Assembly: GCF_001457595.1 (NCBI RefSeq)
Contig: NZ_LN831039.1
Span: forward strand, 6,810,001 to 6,842,000
Direction of reading: 5' to 3'
Length of the DNA: 32,000 nt
Origin: Mycolicibacterium smegmatis
GTDB taxonomy: Bacteria; Actinomycetota; Actinomycetes; Mycobacteriales; Mycobacteriaceae
Part shown: positions 14,718 to 22,536 of the stretch, piece after piece
Position numbering within the stretch: position 1 is the first letter of the stretch
Layout of the letters: every line of letters begins with the position of its first letter
Notes under the pieces: generated by a model
Seen by the model: only the letters and a program-made list of their open reading frames with translations
Databases searched by the model: none
What the model was told of the DNA's origin: nothing
Position numbers and translations under genes: made by a program

Positions 14718-16520
14718 TCACGGCTGGAACAGGATGCCGTCGTCGGACGCGCGTGCCAGCAGTTCGGGAATCGTCAGCTCGCCATAACCTTCGTGCACCG
14801 GTCCGCGTGCCGTGCCAAGGAACGGCACCACACCTGGATCGGGCGTGACGTCGAGGTGGTAGGCCTGCACGCCGGGCAGGTGGTACTGGAAGAAGTTCAT
14901 CAGGTAATCGACGAGGAAGATGACGCTGCCGGTCACGCTCGTGCCCCACAGCGTGGAGGCGTTGTACAGCGGCGTCATGGCGGCCGGATCTCCGATCATC
15001 ACGATGGGTCCGTAGTGCGGCTTGCTGCCGCCGCCGGGTACGTAGGGCGGCATGAAGGGTTGCAGCCCAGGCAGATCCGTGGCCATGTACGGCGCGGAAC
15101 TGCCGTAGGTGCCGATGTTGACGAACATCGAGTCGGCGCCGTTGCCGGGGACCGTGGTGTTGATGCCCGGTGCCTCGAATCCGATGCCCGCCAGCCCGGT
15201 CTGCTGTGCGACGTACTGGGCTTCCCAACCGCCGAGTGAATGGCCCGTGACGAAGATGTCGTCATCGCTGTAGCCCTGGCGGGCGGCCTCGGCCCGTACC
15301 TGCTGCGCGAAGTCGAGCGCGTCGTGGAATGCCAGCGGTGTGGTGCCCGTGAACACCACCTGCAGATCGGCGATCACCTGTGGGATCACGATGATGGGGT
15401 TGAACAGCAGATGGGAACCACCCGTGGTGCCCTGGTAGGCGATGATGATCTGCCCCTCCGGTGTCACCCACGCCTTGCCGACCATGCCGGAAACGATGTC
15501 GGTGGACTGCATCTGTTCACCGTCGACCACGAAGGGCTTCAGGCCGCCGGGCGTCGCGCCGAGCACATACGCCGCGGTGGATGCGTTGAGGAACTGCGCC
15601 ACAGTGGGTGTCGGTCGATCGGTGGGACCGTCGTAGACCATCGCGGGCACCACCGGCTGTTCCGGCGGAGTGTCGTGCAGCCCCATCAGTCGCTCGATCT
15701 CGCGGAACGTCCCGAAGATCAGATCGTTGACCGGCGCCAGACTGACCGGCAGGGTGGGGCTGTTCGCCGACGAGGTGAAGTCCAACACATCCAGTACCGC
15801 GTTGACGACGCGGCCCGGCAGCGCACGAAGCTGCGCGGCCGGTGAGAGTGGTTGCGGCGGAGTCGGTGTGGTCTGGACGGCGGCCGTGCTCGCGACGGGT
15901 GCGAGCGGCGCCTCGTCAGATGGTGGCGCCGCCGGTGTTGCGGCAACCGCGTGAGCGGTGCGGGGAGCGAGGGTGAGGCGCCGCTCGGGCCGGTGGGCTT
16001 CTCGGACGATGGCCGTCAGCGACTGCCGGTGTCCGTCGCGTGTGGTCGGCGGCGTGGGTTCAGGCGCGGCCGCGACCGGGTCGGCCCGTGTGACGACAGG
16101 CCGGGCGGGCGCATCGGGTGTGGTTGTGCCCTTCGGTCTGCGCTCGGGGCGGGTCCAACGCGACTTCGTCTTGTCGAGCGTGGATTTCATCCGGTCCGAG
16201 AAGTCGGAGATGCGGGTCTCGGACTTCTTGAGCCGGGGACCGGGAAACGGTCTGCCGGTGCTCGGTCGGCTGCCGGCGCGATCCCCGCGGATGGTCGTGC
16301 CCGCTCGCGATGGTGTCTGCGAGGCACGACGTGCGCTCGACGAGGCTTCGCTGCTCGCCGAGGTCGAACTCGATGTCGATGCCGCCCCGGAGTCGGTGGA
16401 CTCGGTGGAGTCGGCCCAGCCGATTCCCGGTGGCGCGAACGCGATCCCGCCGGCGAGCGCCGCCGCCGCGAATCCGTACCGAAACCTTCTGCCCCTCAGA
16501 CGACTTCGCGACCGTTTCAC
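14718..16520 (-). CDS. Secreted lipase/esterase (GHSLGG serine hydrolase) with a long disordered N-terminal linker, 600 aa
   Basis: ORF 14718..16577. I prefer GTG at 16520, 8 nt after SD GGGAGAG. This gives the basic signal peptide VKRSRSRLRGRRFRYGFAAAALAGGIAFAPPGIGWA|DS. About 280 aa of Ser/Thr/Pro/Ala/Arg-rich low complexity follow, then a globular C-terminal domain with IFVTGHSLGGWEAQYVA. Confidence 0.75.
   Translation of the reverse strand: MKRSRSRLRGRRFRYGFAAAALAGGIAFAPPGIGWADSTESTDSGAASTSSSTSASSEASSSARRASQTPSRAGTTIRGDRAGSRPSTGRPFPGPRLKKSETRISDFSDRMKSTLDKTKSRWTRPERRPKGTTTPDAPARPVVTRADPVAAAPEPTPPTTRDGHRQSLTAIVREAHRPERRLTLAPRTAHAVAATPAAPPSDEAPLAPVASTAAVQTTPTPPQPLSPAAQLRALPGRVVNAVLDVLDFTSSANSPTLPVSLAPVNDLIFGTFREIERLMGLHDTPPEQPVVPAMVYDGPTDRPTPTVAQFLNASTAAYVLGATPGGLKPFVVDGEQMQSTDIVSGMVGKAWVTPEGQIIIAYQGTTGGSHLLFNPIIVIPQVIADLQVVFTGTTPLAFHDALDFAQQVRAEAARQGYSDDDIFVTGHSLGGWEAQYVAQQTGLAGIGFEAPGINTTVPGNGADSMFVNIGTYGSSAPYMATDLPGLQPFMPPYVPGGGSKPHYGPIVMIGDPAAMTPLYNASTLWGTSVTGSVIFLVDYLMNFFQYHLPGVQAYHLDVTPDPGVVPFLGTARGPVHEGYGELTIPELLARASDDGILFQP
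16389..16412. repeat. In-frame 9-bp tandem repeat (2.7 units; minus strand GACTCCACC GAGTCCACC GACTCC = DST EST DS)
   Basis: Read directly, inside the low-complexity linker of the lipase. Confidence 0.6.
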
Positions 16521-16548
16521 TGCGAACGACTCTCCCTCGACCCGGCAA

Positions 16549-16586
16549 CACAGCAATGTGACAACACACAATGTCACATTGCTGTG
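16549..16586. promoter_or_regulatory. Perfect 15-bp inverted repeat CACAGCAATGTGACA-N8-TGTCACATTGCTGTG (operator, or a terminator without a U-tract)
   Basis: Read directly: arms 16549-16563 and 16572-16586, spacer ACACACAA. Lies 29-66 nt upstream of the lipase GTG (16520) and 54 nt downstream of the stop of the 330-aa gene (16640). Confidence 0.5.
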
Positions 16587-16604
16587 TGCCGCAGGGCGCG
16601 ATTC

Positions 16605-16613
16605 GTCACATTG
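16605..16613. promoter_or_regulatory. Third copy of the half-site GTCACATTG
   Basis: The same 9-mer as in the right arm (16573-16581), offset by 32 bp, in the same intergenic region. Confidence 0.3.
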
Positions 16614-16639
16614 ATCGCACTGGTCTGCCCGTCAGGCGA

Positions 16640-17632
16640 CTACCACGTCCCGTCGGAGACCGTGTCCGCGCTCGCACCACCGATCGGGATCACCGTGCCG
16701 GGTTTCACCGGCACGAACGGATCATCGTCGATGTCGAGCTTCTCCCCGACGCTCTTCACGCGCGAGAGCACCTCGGAGGCTGCCAGGTCACGCGCGTCGG
16801 CGTCGTAGTAGTCGAACCATGGCAGGCCCGCCTCAACGTATGCGTCACGGTCGACGGGCGTGGGCGGCGGCACCTCGCCCGTGATGGCCGTCCACTGCGC
16901 GGCAGAACACAGGTGCACGAACACTCGCAGCGCACCTGATTCGTCGTAGTCGGTGTGCGGACGGTTGTCGGCGTACACCTCCTGGCGCATCCGGCCGCCG
17001 GCGCCCAGGCCCATGGCCGCATCCGCCGTCGGCGGCGCGCACATCAGCGGGCCGTCGTGGCAGTCCTCGACTTCAGACGGCTCCTCAGCGGCGGCCTGTT
17101 CGGCGCGCCACGTCTCGAGCGCCTCGGCGGTCAGACCGACCGCGCGCAACTGGACACCACCATGGGTCTCCTCACCGGTGACCTGCCCCTCGACGGTCGC
17201 GCCGGAACCCAGTGGCACGGCCACGAACTGGCGGATGAACCCCTCGCCCGCGTTGATGCCGTCGAGCCACGGCTGACGTGGCAGGGCCACGTAGTTCTGC
17301 GGGTCGCCGATCAGGCGCTCGATCCACGGCAGGCCGCTCACCGCGCACACCTTGCCCACACCCACCTGCAACGCGGTGGGCTGGTCGGAGTCGAACGACA
17401 GCCACATGGCCTCACGCTGGTAGATCTGCAGCATGATGCCGCCACGCGCGAGCCATTCGACGGGTGCGGTGTCGGGATAGTCCTCAACGCGACGCAGCGG
17501 GAACCGGCCCAGACCGGGTGGCAGCGGATGCAGCCCGGTCTCGGGGATGCGCAGCGTCCGCTGGAACGTCACCCTCACCGGGCCCAGCAGAAGACTGTCA
17601 CTGACGATCCGGACCGGCGCGGTGCGCGTCAT
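16640..17632 (-). CDS. Conserved-looking hypothetical protein, 330 aa, no signal peptide, function unknown
   Basis: ORF 16640..17632, ATG preceded by a strong SD GGAGGT. Balanced composition and high G/C third-position bias. I could not assign any domain to RTLRIPETGLHPLPPGLGRFPL...QPWLDGINAGEGFIRQFVAVPLGSGATVEGQVTG... Confidence 0.7.
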   Translation of the reverse strand: MTRTAPVRIVSDSLLLGPVRVTFQRTLRIPETGLHPLPPGLGRFPLRRVEDYPDTAPVEWLARGGIMLQIYQREAMWLSFDSDQPTALQVGVGKVCAVSGLPWIERLIGDPQNYVALPRQPWLDGINAGEGFIRQFVAVPLGSGATVEGQVTGEETHGGVQLRAVGLTAEALETWRAEQAAAEEPSEVEDCHDGPLMCAPPTADAAMGLGAGGRMRQEVYADNRPHTDYDESGALRVFVHLCSAAQWTAITGEVPPPTPVDRDAYVEAGLPWFDYYDADARDLAASEVLSRVKSVGEKLDIDDDPFVPVKPGTVIPIGGASADTVSDGTW

Positions 17633-17691
17633 TGTCTACCTCCATGTCGGTGTTCGCCCATATGGGTAGCACCGGGCACCGACAGGTGGGT

Positions 17692-18786
17692 TCACGTGCA
17701 GTAGAACGCCTCCGCCGCCTGCTCAAGCGGATCGCCGGTCTCGGGGTCCTGCGTCACCGTCACGGTCAGTGCGGGGCCGCCCTGCGGCGCGATCATCAGG
17801 GTGTGAAAGCCCGGGATGCCACCGCTGTGGCCCCACACCCGCACACCGCACGACAGGTCGATACTGCCCAGGCCGAGGCCGTACCGCTGTCCCTGCGAAT
17901 CGAGTTCGACGGTGTCCATCATGTCGGCCAGTTGGGCGGGAGGCACGACCCGCCCGGCCAGCAACGCGGATACGAAAACGGCCATGTCTTCGCCCGTGGA
18001 CACCAACGATCCCGACATCCCGGCGGCCGAGGCGTTGAAGTCCGTGACATCGGTGCGCACCCCGTGCTTGTTCTCGTAGCCGTGCGCGAACGGTTTGCGC
18101 AGGCCGGTGTCGTCGGGCGCTGGCCAGTAGGTGTCGCGCAACCCCAGCGGCACGATCACGCGCCGCGTCACCTCATCGGCGACGGGTGTCCCCGTGACCG
18201 CCTCGGCGATCAGGCCCGCGACGACGTAGTTGGTGTTGGTGTACACCGTCTTCTCGCCGGGGGCGAACCCGGCGGGCCGCGTCAACGCCATGTCCAGTAG
18301 TTGCTCGCCGGTGACCGGTTCGGTGGGCACGTCGGTGACGGAATCGAAATACTCCGGCAGCCCGCTCTGATGACGCAGCACCTGGCGCACCGTGATGGCC
18401 TCTGGGTCGATACCCTCGCCGCGGACCCGCCCGGGCAGGTACACCTCGATCGGCGCGTCGAGATCGATGCGGCCTTCGGCCACCAACTGCAGGATCATCG
18501 CGGCGACAAAGACTTTCGAGACGCTGCCGGCGCGCACGTGCGTGTTCGGTGTGAACTCCGCGCCGGTGGCGACGTCGGAGACACCCGCCCAGTGGCGACT
18601 GAGTGTGTGGCCGTCGTAGACGACGGCGATCGCCCCGGGAACGCCGTCGGCGGCCACCGCGTCGGAAAGCACCTGATCGAGCGACGACACGGGTGCGGCC
18701 CCGGCGACAGGGACTTCAAAGGGAGCGGCGGTCAGACCGACAAGCAGAGCGGCGGCCACGAGCGATGGCTTGTGCACCGGCCCCAT
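17692..18786 (-). CDS. Secreted serine hydrolase of the beta-lactamase / D-Ala-D-Ala carboxypeptidase (class C-like) fold, 364 aa
   Basis: ORF 17692..18786. Signal peptide MGPVHKPSLVAAALLVGLTAAPFEVPVAGA. SxxK motif GSVSKVF, YxN motif YTNTNY, and GHSGG in the place of KTG. Confidence 0.85.
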   Translation of the reverse strand: MGPVHKPSLVAAALLVGLTAAPFEVPVAGAAPVSSLDQVLSDAVAADGVPGAIAVVYDGHTLSRHWAGVSDVATGAEFTPNTHVRAGSVSKVFVAAMILQLVAEGRIDLDAPIEVYLPGRVRGEGIDPEAITVRQVLRHQSGLPEYFDSVTDVPTEPVTGEQLLDMALTRPAGFAPGEKTVYTNTNYVVAGLIAEAVTGTPVADEVTRRVIVPLGLRDTYWPAPDDTGLRKPFAHGYENKHGVRTDVTDFNASAAGMSGSLVSTGEDMAVFVSALLAGRVVPPAQLADMMDTVELDSQGQRYGLGLGSIDLSCGVRVWGHSGGIPGFHTLMIAPQGGPALTVTVTQDPETGDPLEQAAEAFYCT

Positions 18787-18863
18787 GCTAGGGCCCGCGA
18801 TGAGTTTCGCCGCGCATTGCCGTCTGCATTGGTACGTGATCGCACCGATTCGAGGAGAGCGCC

Positions 18864-19463
18864 ATGACCGCCACGTACACGTTCGACGTCTTCACCAGCC
18901 TCGACGGCTTCGGCGGCGCGAGCAGTGAGTGGGGCGGCTACTGGGGCAAACAGGGCCCCGAACTGCTCGCGCGCCGCCTCGCCCTGTACCAAGCAGATCA
19001 GCGGATGGTGTTCGGCGCCAACACCTATCGCACGTTTGTGGAGTTGCTCGCCGCGGGTGACCAGGATCTGCTCGATCCGTGGGTCACCCGGATGCGCCAC
19101 CTGCCGGCGACCGTGGTGTCCTCGACACTGAAGGAGCCGCTGGAATGGCCGGACGCCACCGTCGCACACGGTGACGCCGTCGATGTCGTGGCCCGGCTCA
19201 AAGAGGAGTCGGCCGTGCCGCTGCGCTCACACGGCAGCCTGTCGATGAACCGCGCGCTGATGGCCGCAGGCCTGGTGGACTACCTGCAGGTGACGATCTT
19301 CCCCGTGGTCACCGGACAGACCGGCGACGATCCGATCCTGCGTGGCGCAGCCGATTTCGATCTCGAACTCATCGAGACCCGCACGCTGGACGGCCGCACC
19401 CAGGAACTCACCTACCGGCCGACGGTGCACTCACCGGTGGATCAGGCCTTGGCCTTGGGGTGA
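18864..19463 (+). CDS. Dihydrofolate-reductase-fold (RibD C-terminal domain) family protein, 199 aa
   Basis: ORF 18864..19463 with SD GAGGAGAG. YTFDVFTSLDGFGG...MVFGANTYRTFVELL...VVSSTL...LRSHGSLSMNRALMAAGLVDYLQVTIFPVVTGQTG fits the family pattern. Confidence 0.8.
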   Translation: MTATYTFDVFTSLDGFGGASSEWGGYWGKQGPELLARRLALYQADQRMVFGANTYRTFVELLAAGDQDLLDPWVTRMRHLPATVVSSTLKEPLEWPDATVAHGDAVDVVARLKEESAVPLRSHGSLSMNRALMAAGLVDYLQVTIFPVVTGQTGDDPILRGAADFDLELIETRTLDGRTQELTYRPTVHSPVDQALALG

Positions 19464-20254
19464 GCCGCGGCCATCTCAAGGATCCGCACGTAACCGGGCA
19501 ACTGCCAGGCCGCCCGTCCGATGAACAACCCCGTGACGTGATCGATGCCCAGCAGATCTTCGGCGTTGTCGGTGTTCACCGACCCACCGTAGAGCAATCC
19601 CATTGTGCGACACCCGTATTCGCGTGCCAGATCATCGAACGGCTGCCGCAGTTCCTCGACGGTCGCCGGGCGACCGTTCTCGCCGATCGCCCAGATGGGC
19701 TCGTAGGCAATGAGAACGCGGGCCAAATGCTCGTCGGTCAAACCCTCCAGGGCGCCTGCGGCCTGCTCGAGGATGAAGCGCGACGACTCACCGGCCTGCT
19801 TGGTCTCGGCGCTCTCGCCGATGCACAGCAGCGGCACCAGACCGTGATGCAGCGCCGCGGCCACCTTGAGCCGTGTGGTCTCGACGGTCTCACCGAAATG
19901 CTCACGACGCTCGGAGTGCCCGATCTCGACGATCTGCGCGCCTGCGTCCTTCGCCTGCGCGACGGAGACCTCACCGGTCCATGCGCCGTGGTCCTCCCAG
20001 TGTGCGTTCTGCACCCCGAGCAGCACGGGCGAGTCGTCGCCCAGCGCGTCCCGCACCGTGGTGAGTGCGGTGAACGACGGGATGATGAACGGCTGGACGC
20101 CGGCCGGCGGCTTCGCCGCGACGTACTCGGCCAGTTCGCGGGCGTAACCACGCGACTCGGCGAGCCCCTTGTTCATCTTCCAGCTGGTGCCGATCCACAG
20201 CTGTGCGGCGCCGAGCGCCCGAGCGTCAGGCACCCTCGTACGCGCAGATGTCAT
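19442..20254 (-). CDS. Triose-phosphate-isomerase-family paralogue, 270 aa (possible ketose-phosphate isomerase)
   Basis: ORF 19442..20254. TIM catalytic motifs are present: SWKMNKG, VQNAHWEDHGAWTGEVS, IGHSERR, AYEPIWAIG. The lid is AIGENG rather than AIGTGK. Alternative GTG start at 20233. Either start overlaps the RpiB-like stop (20226-20228). Confidence 0.85.
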   Translation of the reverse strand: MTSARTRVPDARALGAAQLWIGTSWKMNKGLAESRGYARELAEYVAAKPPAGVQPFIIPSFTALTTVRDALGDDSPVLLGVQNAHWEDHGAWTGEVSVAQAKDAGAQIVEIGHSERREHFGETVETTRLKVAAALHHGLVPLLCIGESAETKQAGESSRFILEQAAGALEGLTDEHLARVLIAYEPIWAIGENGRPATVEELRQPFDDLAREYGCRTMGLLYGGSVNTDNAEDLLGIDHVTGLFIGRAAWQLPGYVRILEMAAAHPKAKA

Positions 20255-20684
20255 TGACCTTCGCGGCGGACGCCGATTGCGGATCGAACTCGAGGCCCAG
20301 CCACTCCTTCACCAGGGCGCGCGCCAGCTCGAGTCCCACGACGCGTTCGCCCATGCACAGCACCTGCGCATTGTTCGACAGGACGGACCGCTGCACGGAG
20401 TACACGTCGTGTGCCGTAACGGCGCGGATGCCCTTGACCTTGTTGGCCGCGATCGCGACACCGAGGCCGGTACCGCAGATCAGCAGAGCCCGGTCGGCCT
20501 CGCCGCGTGCGACCTTCTCGGCGGCAGCGACGGCGACGTTCGGATAGGAGGTGGTGTCGTCGACACCACCGACGCCGACGTCCTCGACGGACGCGACGCG
20601 GTCGTCGGCCTCGAGGTCCTTGCGCAGGGCTTCCTTGTAGTTGAATCCGGCGTTGTCGCCGCCGATGACGATCTTCAACGCCAT
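20226..20684 (-). CDS. RpiB/LacA/LacB-family sugar-phosphate isomerase, 152 aa
   Basis: Internal ATG (20684) of ORF 20226..20732, after SD GGAGAAGGAGA. MALKIVIGGDNAGFNYK...RALLICGTGLGVAIAANKVKGIRA includes the catalytic Cys motif. Confidence 0.88.
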   Translation of the reverse strand: MALKIVIGGDNAGFNYKEALRKDLEADDRVASVEDVGVGGVDDTTSYPNVAVAAAEKVARGEADRALLICGTGLGVAIAANKVKGIRAVTAHDVYSVQRSVLSNNAQVLCMGERVVGLELARALVKEWLGLEFDPQSASAAKVNDICAYEGA

Positions 20685-20728
20685 GGTGCTCTCCTTCTCC
20701 TCTGAGTTGTTGTGGTCGGTCGGGCCGC

Positions 20729-22444
20729 TCACCGGGTGAGGTGCTCGCCCAGCGCCTTCATCAGCATGGCGAAGGACAAGGCCCCGGGATCGGGCGTGCC
20801 GACGCTCTTCTCCCCGAGTACCCGCGCGCGGCCACGTCGAGCCGTGATGTCCGCAGTTTTTTCGGCGGCCTCGCGCGCCTCCCGGGCGGCGCTGGTGATC
20901 GCCGGTCCGGCCTGGGTGTCGAAGGCCTTCACCAGGGCATCGCGAAAGGGAACGGCGGCGTCGACCATCGTCTTGTCACCCGGCTGCGCGCCACCGAGGC
21001 GCAGGATGGCATCGATCCCGGCACAGATCGCGTCGACGGCGGCCTGTTCATCCGCGCCGTCGGTGTCGCTGAAGACGCCGCCGGCGCTGGTCAGCGCCGC
21101 GCCCCACAGCGCACCCGAGGTTCCGCCGGCCGCGTCGGCCCACGCCTGACCGGCCAACAGCAGCGTGGTCCGGGCGCCGGCGTTGCGGTCCACGGCGTCA
21201 CGCGCGGCCTGCGCGGCACCCCGCGAACCGAACGACATGCCCTGGCCGTGGTCACCGTCGCCGGCGACCGCGTCGATGCGGCCCAGCTCGGCCTCGTTGT
21301 CGGCGCACACCTGCTGGAAGGTCTCAAGAACGGCAACGATGTTGCGGGCACACTCGCGCGAGCCCTCACTCGCCTCCGGGATCGTGGTCTCCGCGGCGTC
21401 CCAGGTGGTGGTGCGTGGTGTGCGGTCGACGGCAGGCATCGCGCCGCGGCGGTAGGCGGGGGTCTCGACGGGTGCGGTCCACAGCCGTTCGAGTTCGTCG
21501 TCGAGGAACACCATGGTGAGCGACACACCGGCCATGTCGAGGCTGGTGACGAACTCTCCGACCTCCGGGCGCACAACGGTGAATCCTTGCTGCGCAAGGC
21601 GTTCGGCGATGCGGCCGTACACGACGAACAGCTCTTCGTACTTCACGGTGCCCAGGCCGTTGAGAATCACGGCCACCCGGCCGTCGTACCCGTTCTCACC
21701 GCGCGGCGGTTCCTCGGCGGTCACCTCGTCGAACAGCATGTCGGCGACCTCGGCCGCCGTGCCGAGGCGGTTGTCGCGGACGCCGGGTTCACCGTGGATG
21801 CCGAGTCCGACGCCCATCCAGCCTTTTTCGACGTGGAACAGCGGTTCGGTCGCGCCGGGCAGCGTGCAACCCTCGAAGGCCAGGCCGAACGAGCGGGTCG
21901 CGTCGTTGGCCTTCCACGCCACGCGCTCGGCCTCGTCGAGATCGGCACCGGCTTCGATCGCGGCACCGGCGATCTTGAACACCGGCAGGTCACCCGCGAC
22001 GCCGCGGCGGTCGCGGTGGTTCTCGGGGCTGTTGGAGGCGATGTCGTCACTGACGGTCACGATGCGCACGTCGATGCCCTCGTGCCGCAGCTTCTCGGCG
22101 GCCAGGCCGAAGTGCAGGACGTCACCGGCGTAGTTGCCGAACCCGAGGATGACGCCGCCGCCGTTCTCGGCGTTGCGCACCACCGAGTAGACCTCGGAGG
22201 CCGACGGCGAGGAGAAGATGTTGCCGCACGGCGCGCCGTGGCCCATGCCGGGGCCGACCCAGCCTGCGAAGGCCGGGTAGTGGCCCGAACCGCCGCCGAT
22301 CACCAGCGCGGGTTGTCCCTTCGGTGTCTCGGTGGACCGCACGACACCGCCGGGCACCTCGGTGAGCAGATCGGGGTTGGCGGCCACGAGACCGCGCACC
22401 GCCTCGTCGGCGAAGTCGTCCGGAGAGTTCAGGAGGTACGTCAT
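20729..22444 (-). CDS. Two-domain (DhaK+DhaL) ATP-dependent dihydroxyacetone/ketose kinase, 571 aa
   Basis: ORF 20729..22444 with SD AAGGACGG. DhaK motif LVIGGGSGHYPAFAGWVG (22274-22297). DhaL motif AVAGDGDHGQGM. Confidence 0.9.
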   Translation of the reverse strand: MTYLLNSPDDFADEAVRGLVAANPDLLTEVPGGVVRSTETPKGQPALVIGGGSGHYPAFAGWVGPGMGHGAPCGNIFSSPSASEVYSVVRNAENGGGVILGFGNYAGDVLHFGLAAEKLRHEGIDVRIVTVSDDIASNSPENHRDRRGVAGDLPVFKIAGAAIEAGADLDEAERVAWKANDATRSFGLAFEGCTLPGATEPLFHVEKGWMGVGLGIHGEPGVRDNRLGTAAEVADMLFDEVTAEEPPRGENGYDGRVAVILNGLGTVKYEELFVVYGRIAERLAQQGFTVVRPEVGEFVTSLDMAGVSLTMVFLDDELERLWTAPVETPAYRRGAMPAVDRTPRTTTWDAAETTIPEASEGSRECARNIVAVLETFQQVCADNEAELGRIDAVAGDGDHGQGMSFGSRGAAQAARDAVDRNAGARTTLLLAGQAWADAAGGTSGALWGAALTSAGGVFSDTDGADEQAAVDAICAGIDAILRLGGAQPGDKTMVDAAVPFRDALVKAFDTQAGPAITSAAREAREAAEKTADITARRGRARVLGEKSVGTPDPGALSFAMLMKALGEHLTR

Positions 22445-22506
22445 TGTTCCGTCCTTCTGGCAAATGGGACCGATCGGGGCGCAGCGGGCGCTGCGTGACT
22501 CGGTAC

Positions 22507-22528
22507 GCGTGCCACGATCCTATAGGAT
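22507..22528. promoter_or_regulatory. Operator candidates upstream of the kinase operon: CGTGCCACG (22508-22516) abutting the perfect 12-bp palindrome ATCCTATAGGAT (22517-22528)
   Basis: Read directly in the 92-bp gap between the GntR stop and the kinase start. On the minus strand the palindrome contains the TANNNT box TAGGAT. Confidence 0.4.
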
Positions 22529-22536
22529 TTGGGTCA

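Noticed and set aside
16403-16520. Twin-arginine (Tat) signal in the lipase N-terminus (RGRRFRYGF).
   Set aside because: RR is present, but the following residues do not fit the S/T-R-R-x-F-L-K pattern well. I cannot tell Sec from Tat by eye.
16557-16578. TGTGA...TCACA within the 16549-16586 inverted repeat looked like a CRP/FNR-type site.
   Set aside because: The half-sites are separated by 12 nt, not the 6 nt of the TGTGA-N6-TCACA consensus. Neither half-site has a partner at N6 spacing.
15852-17704. Plus-strand ORFs 15852..16808, 15958..16614 and 16955..17704.
   Set aside because: They are antisense to the lipase and the 330-aa gene. They are Arg/Gly-rich and cross the intergenic palindrome region.
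20741-22498. 585-aa plus-strand ORF.
   Set aside because: It is the mirror image of the DhaK/DhaL kinase gene, which carries the GGGSGH and DGDHG motifs. The plus-strand translation is Gly/Arg/Ala/Val nonsense.
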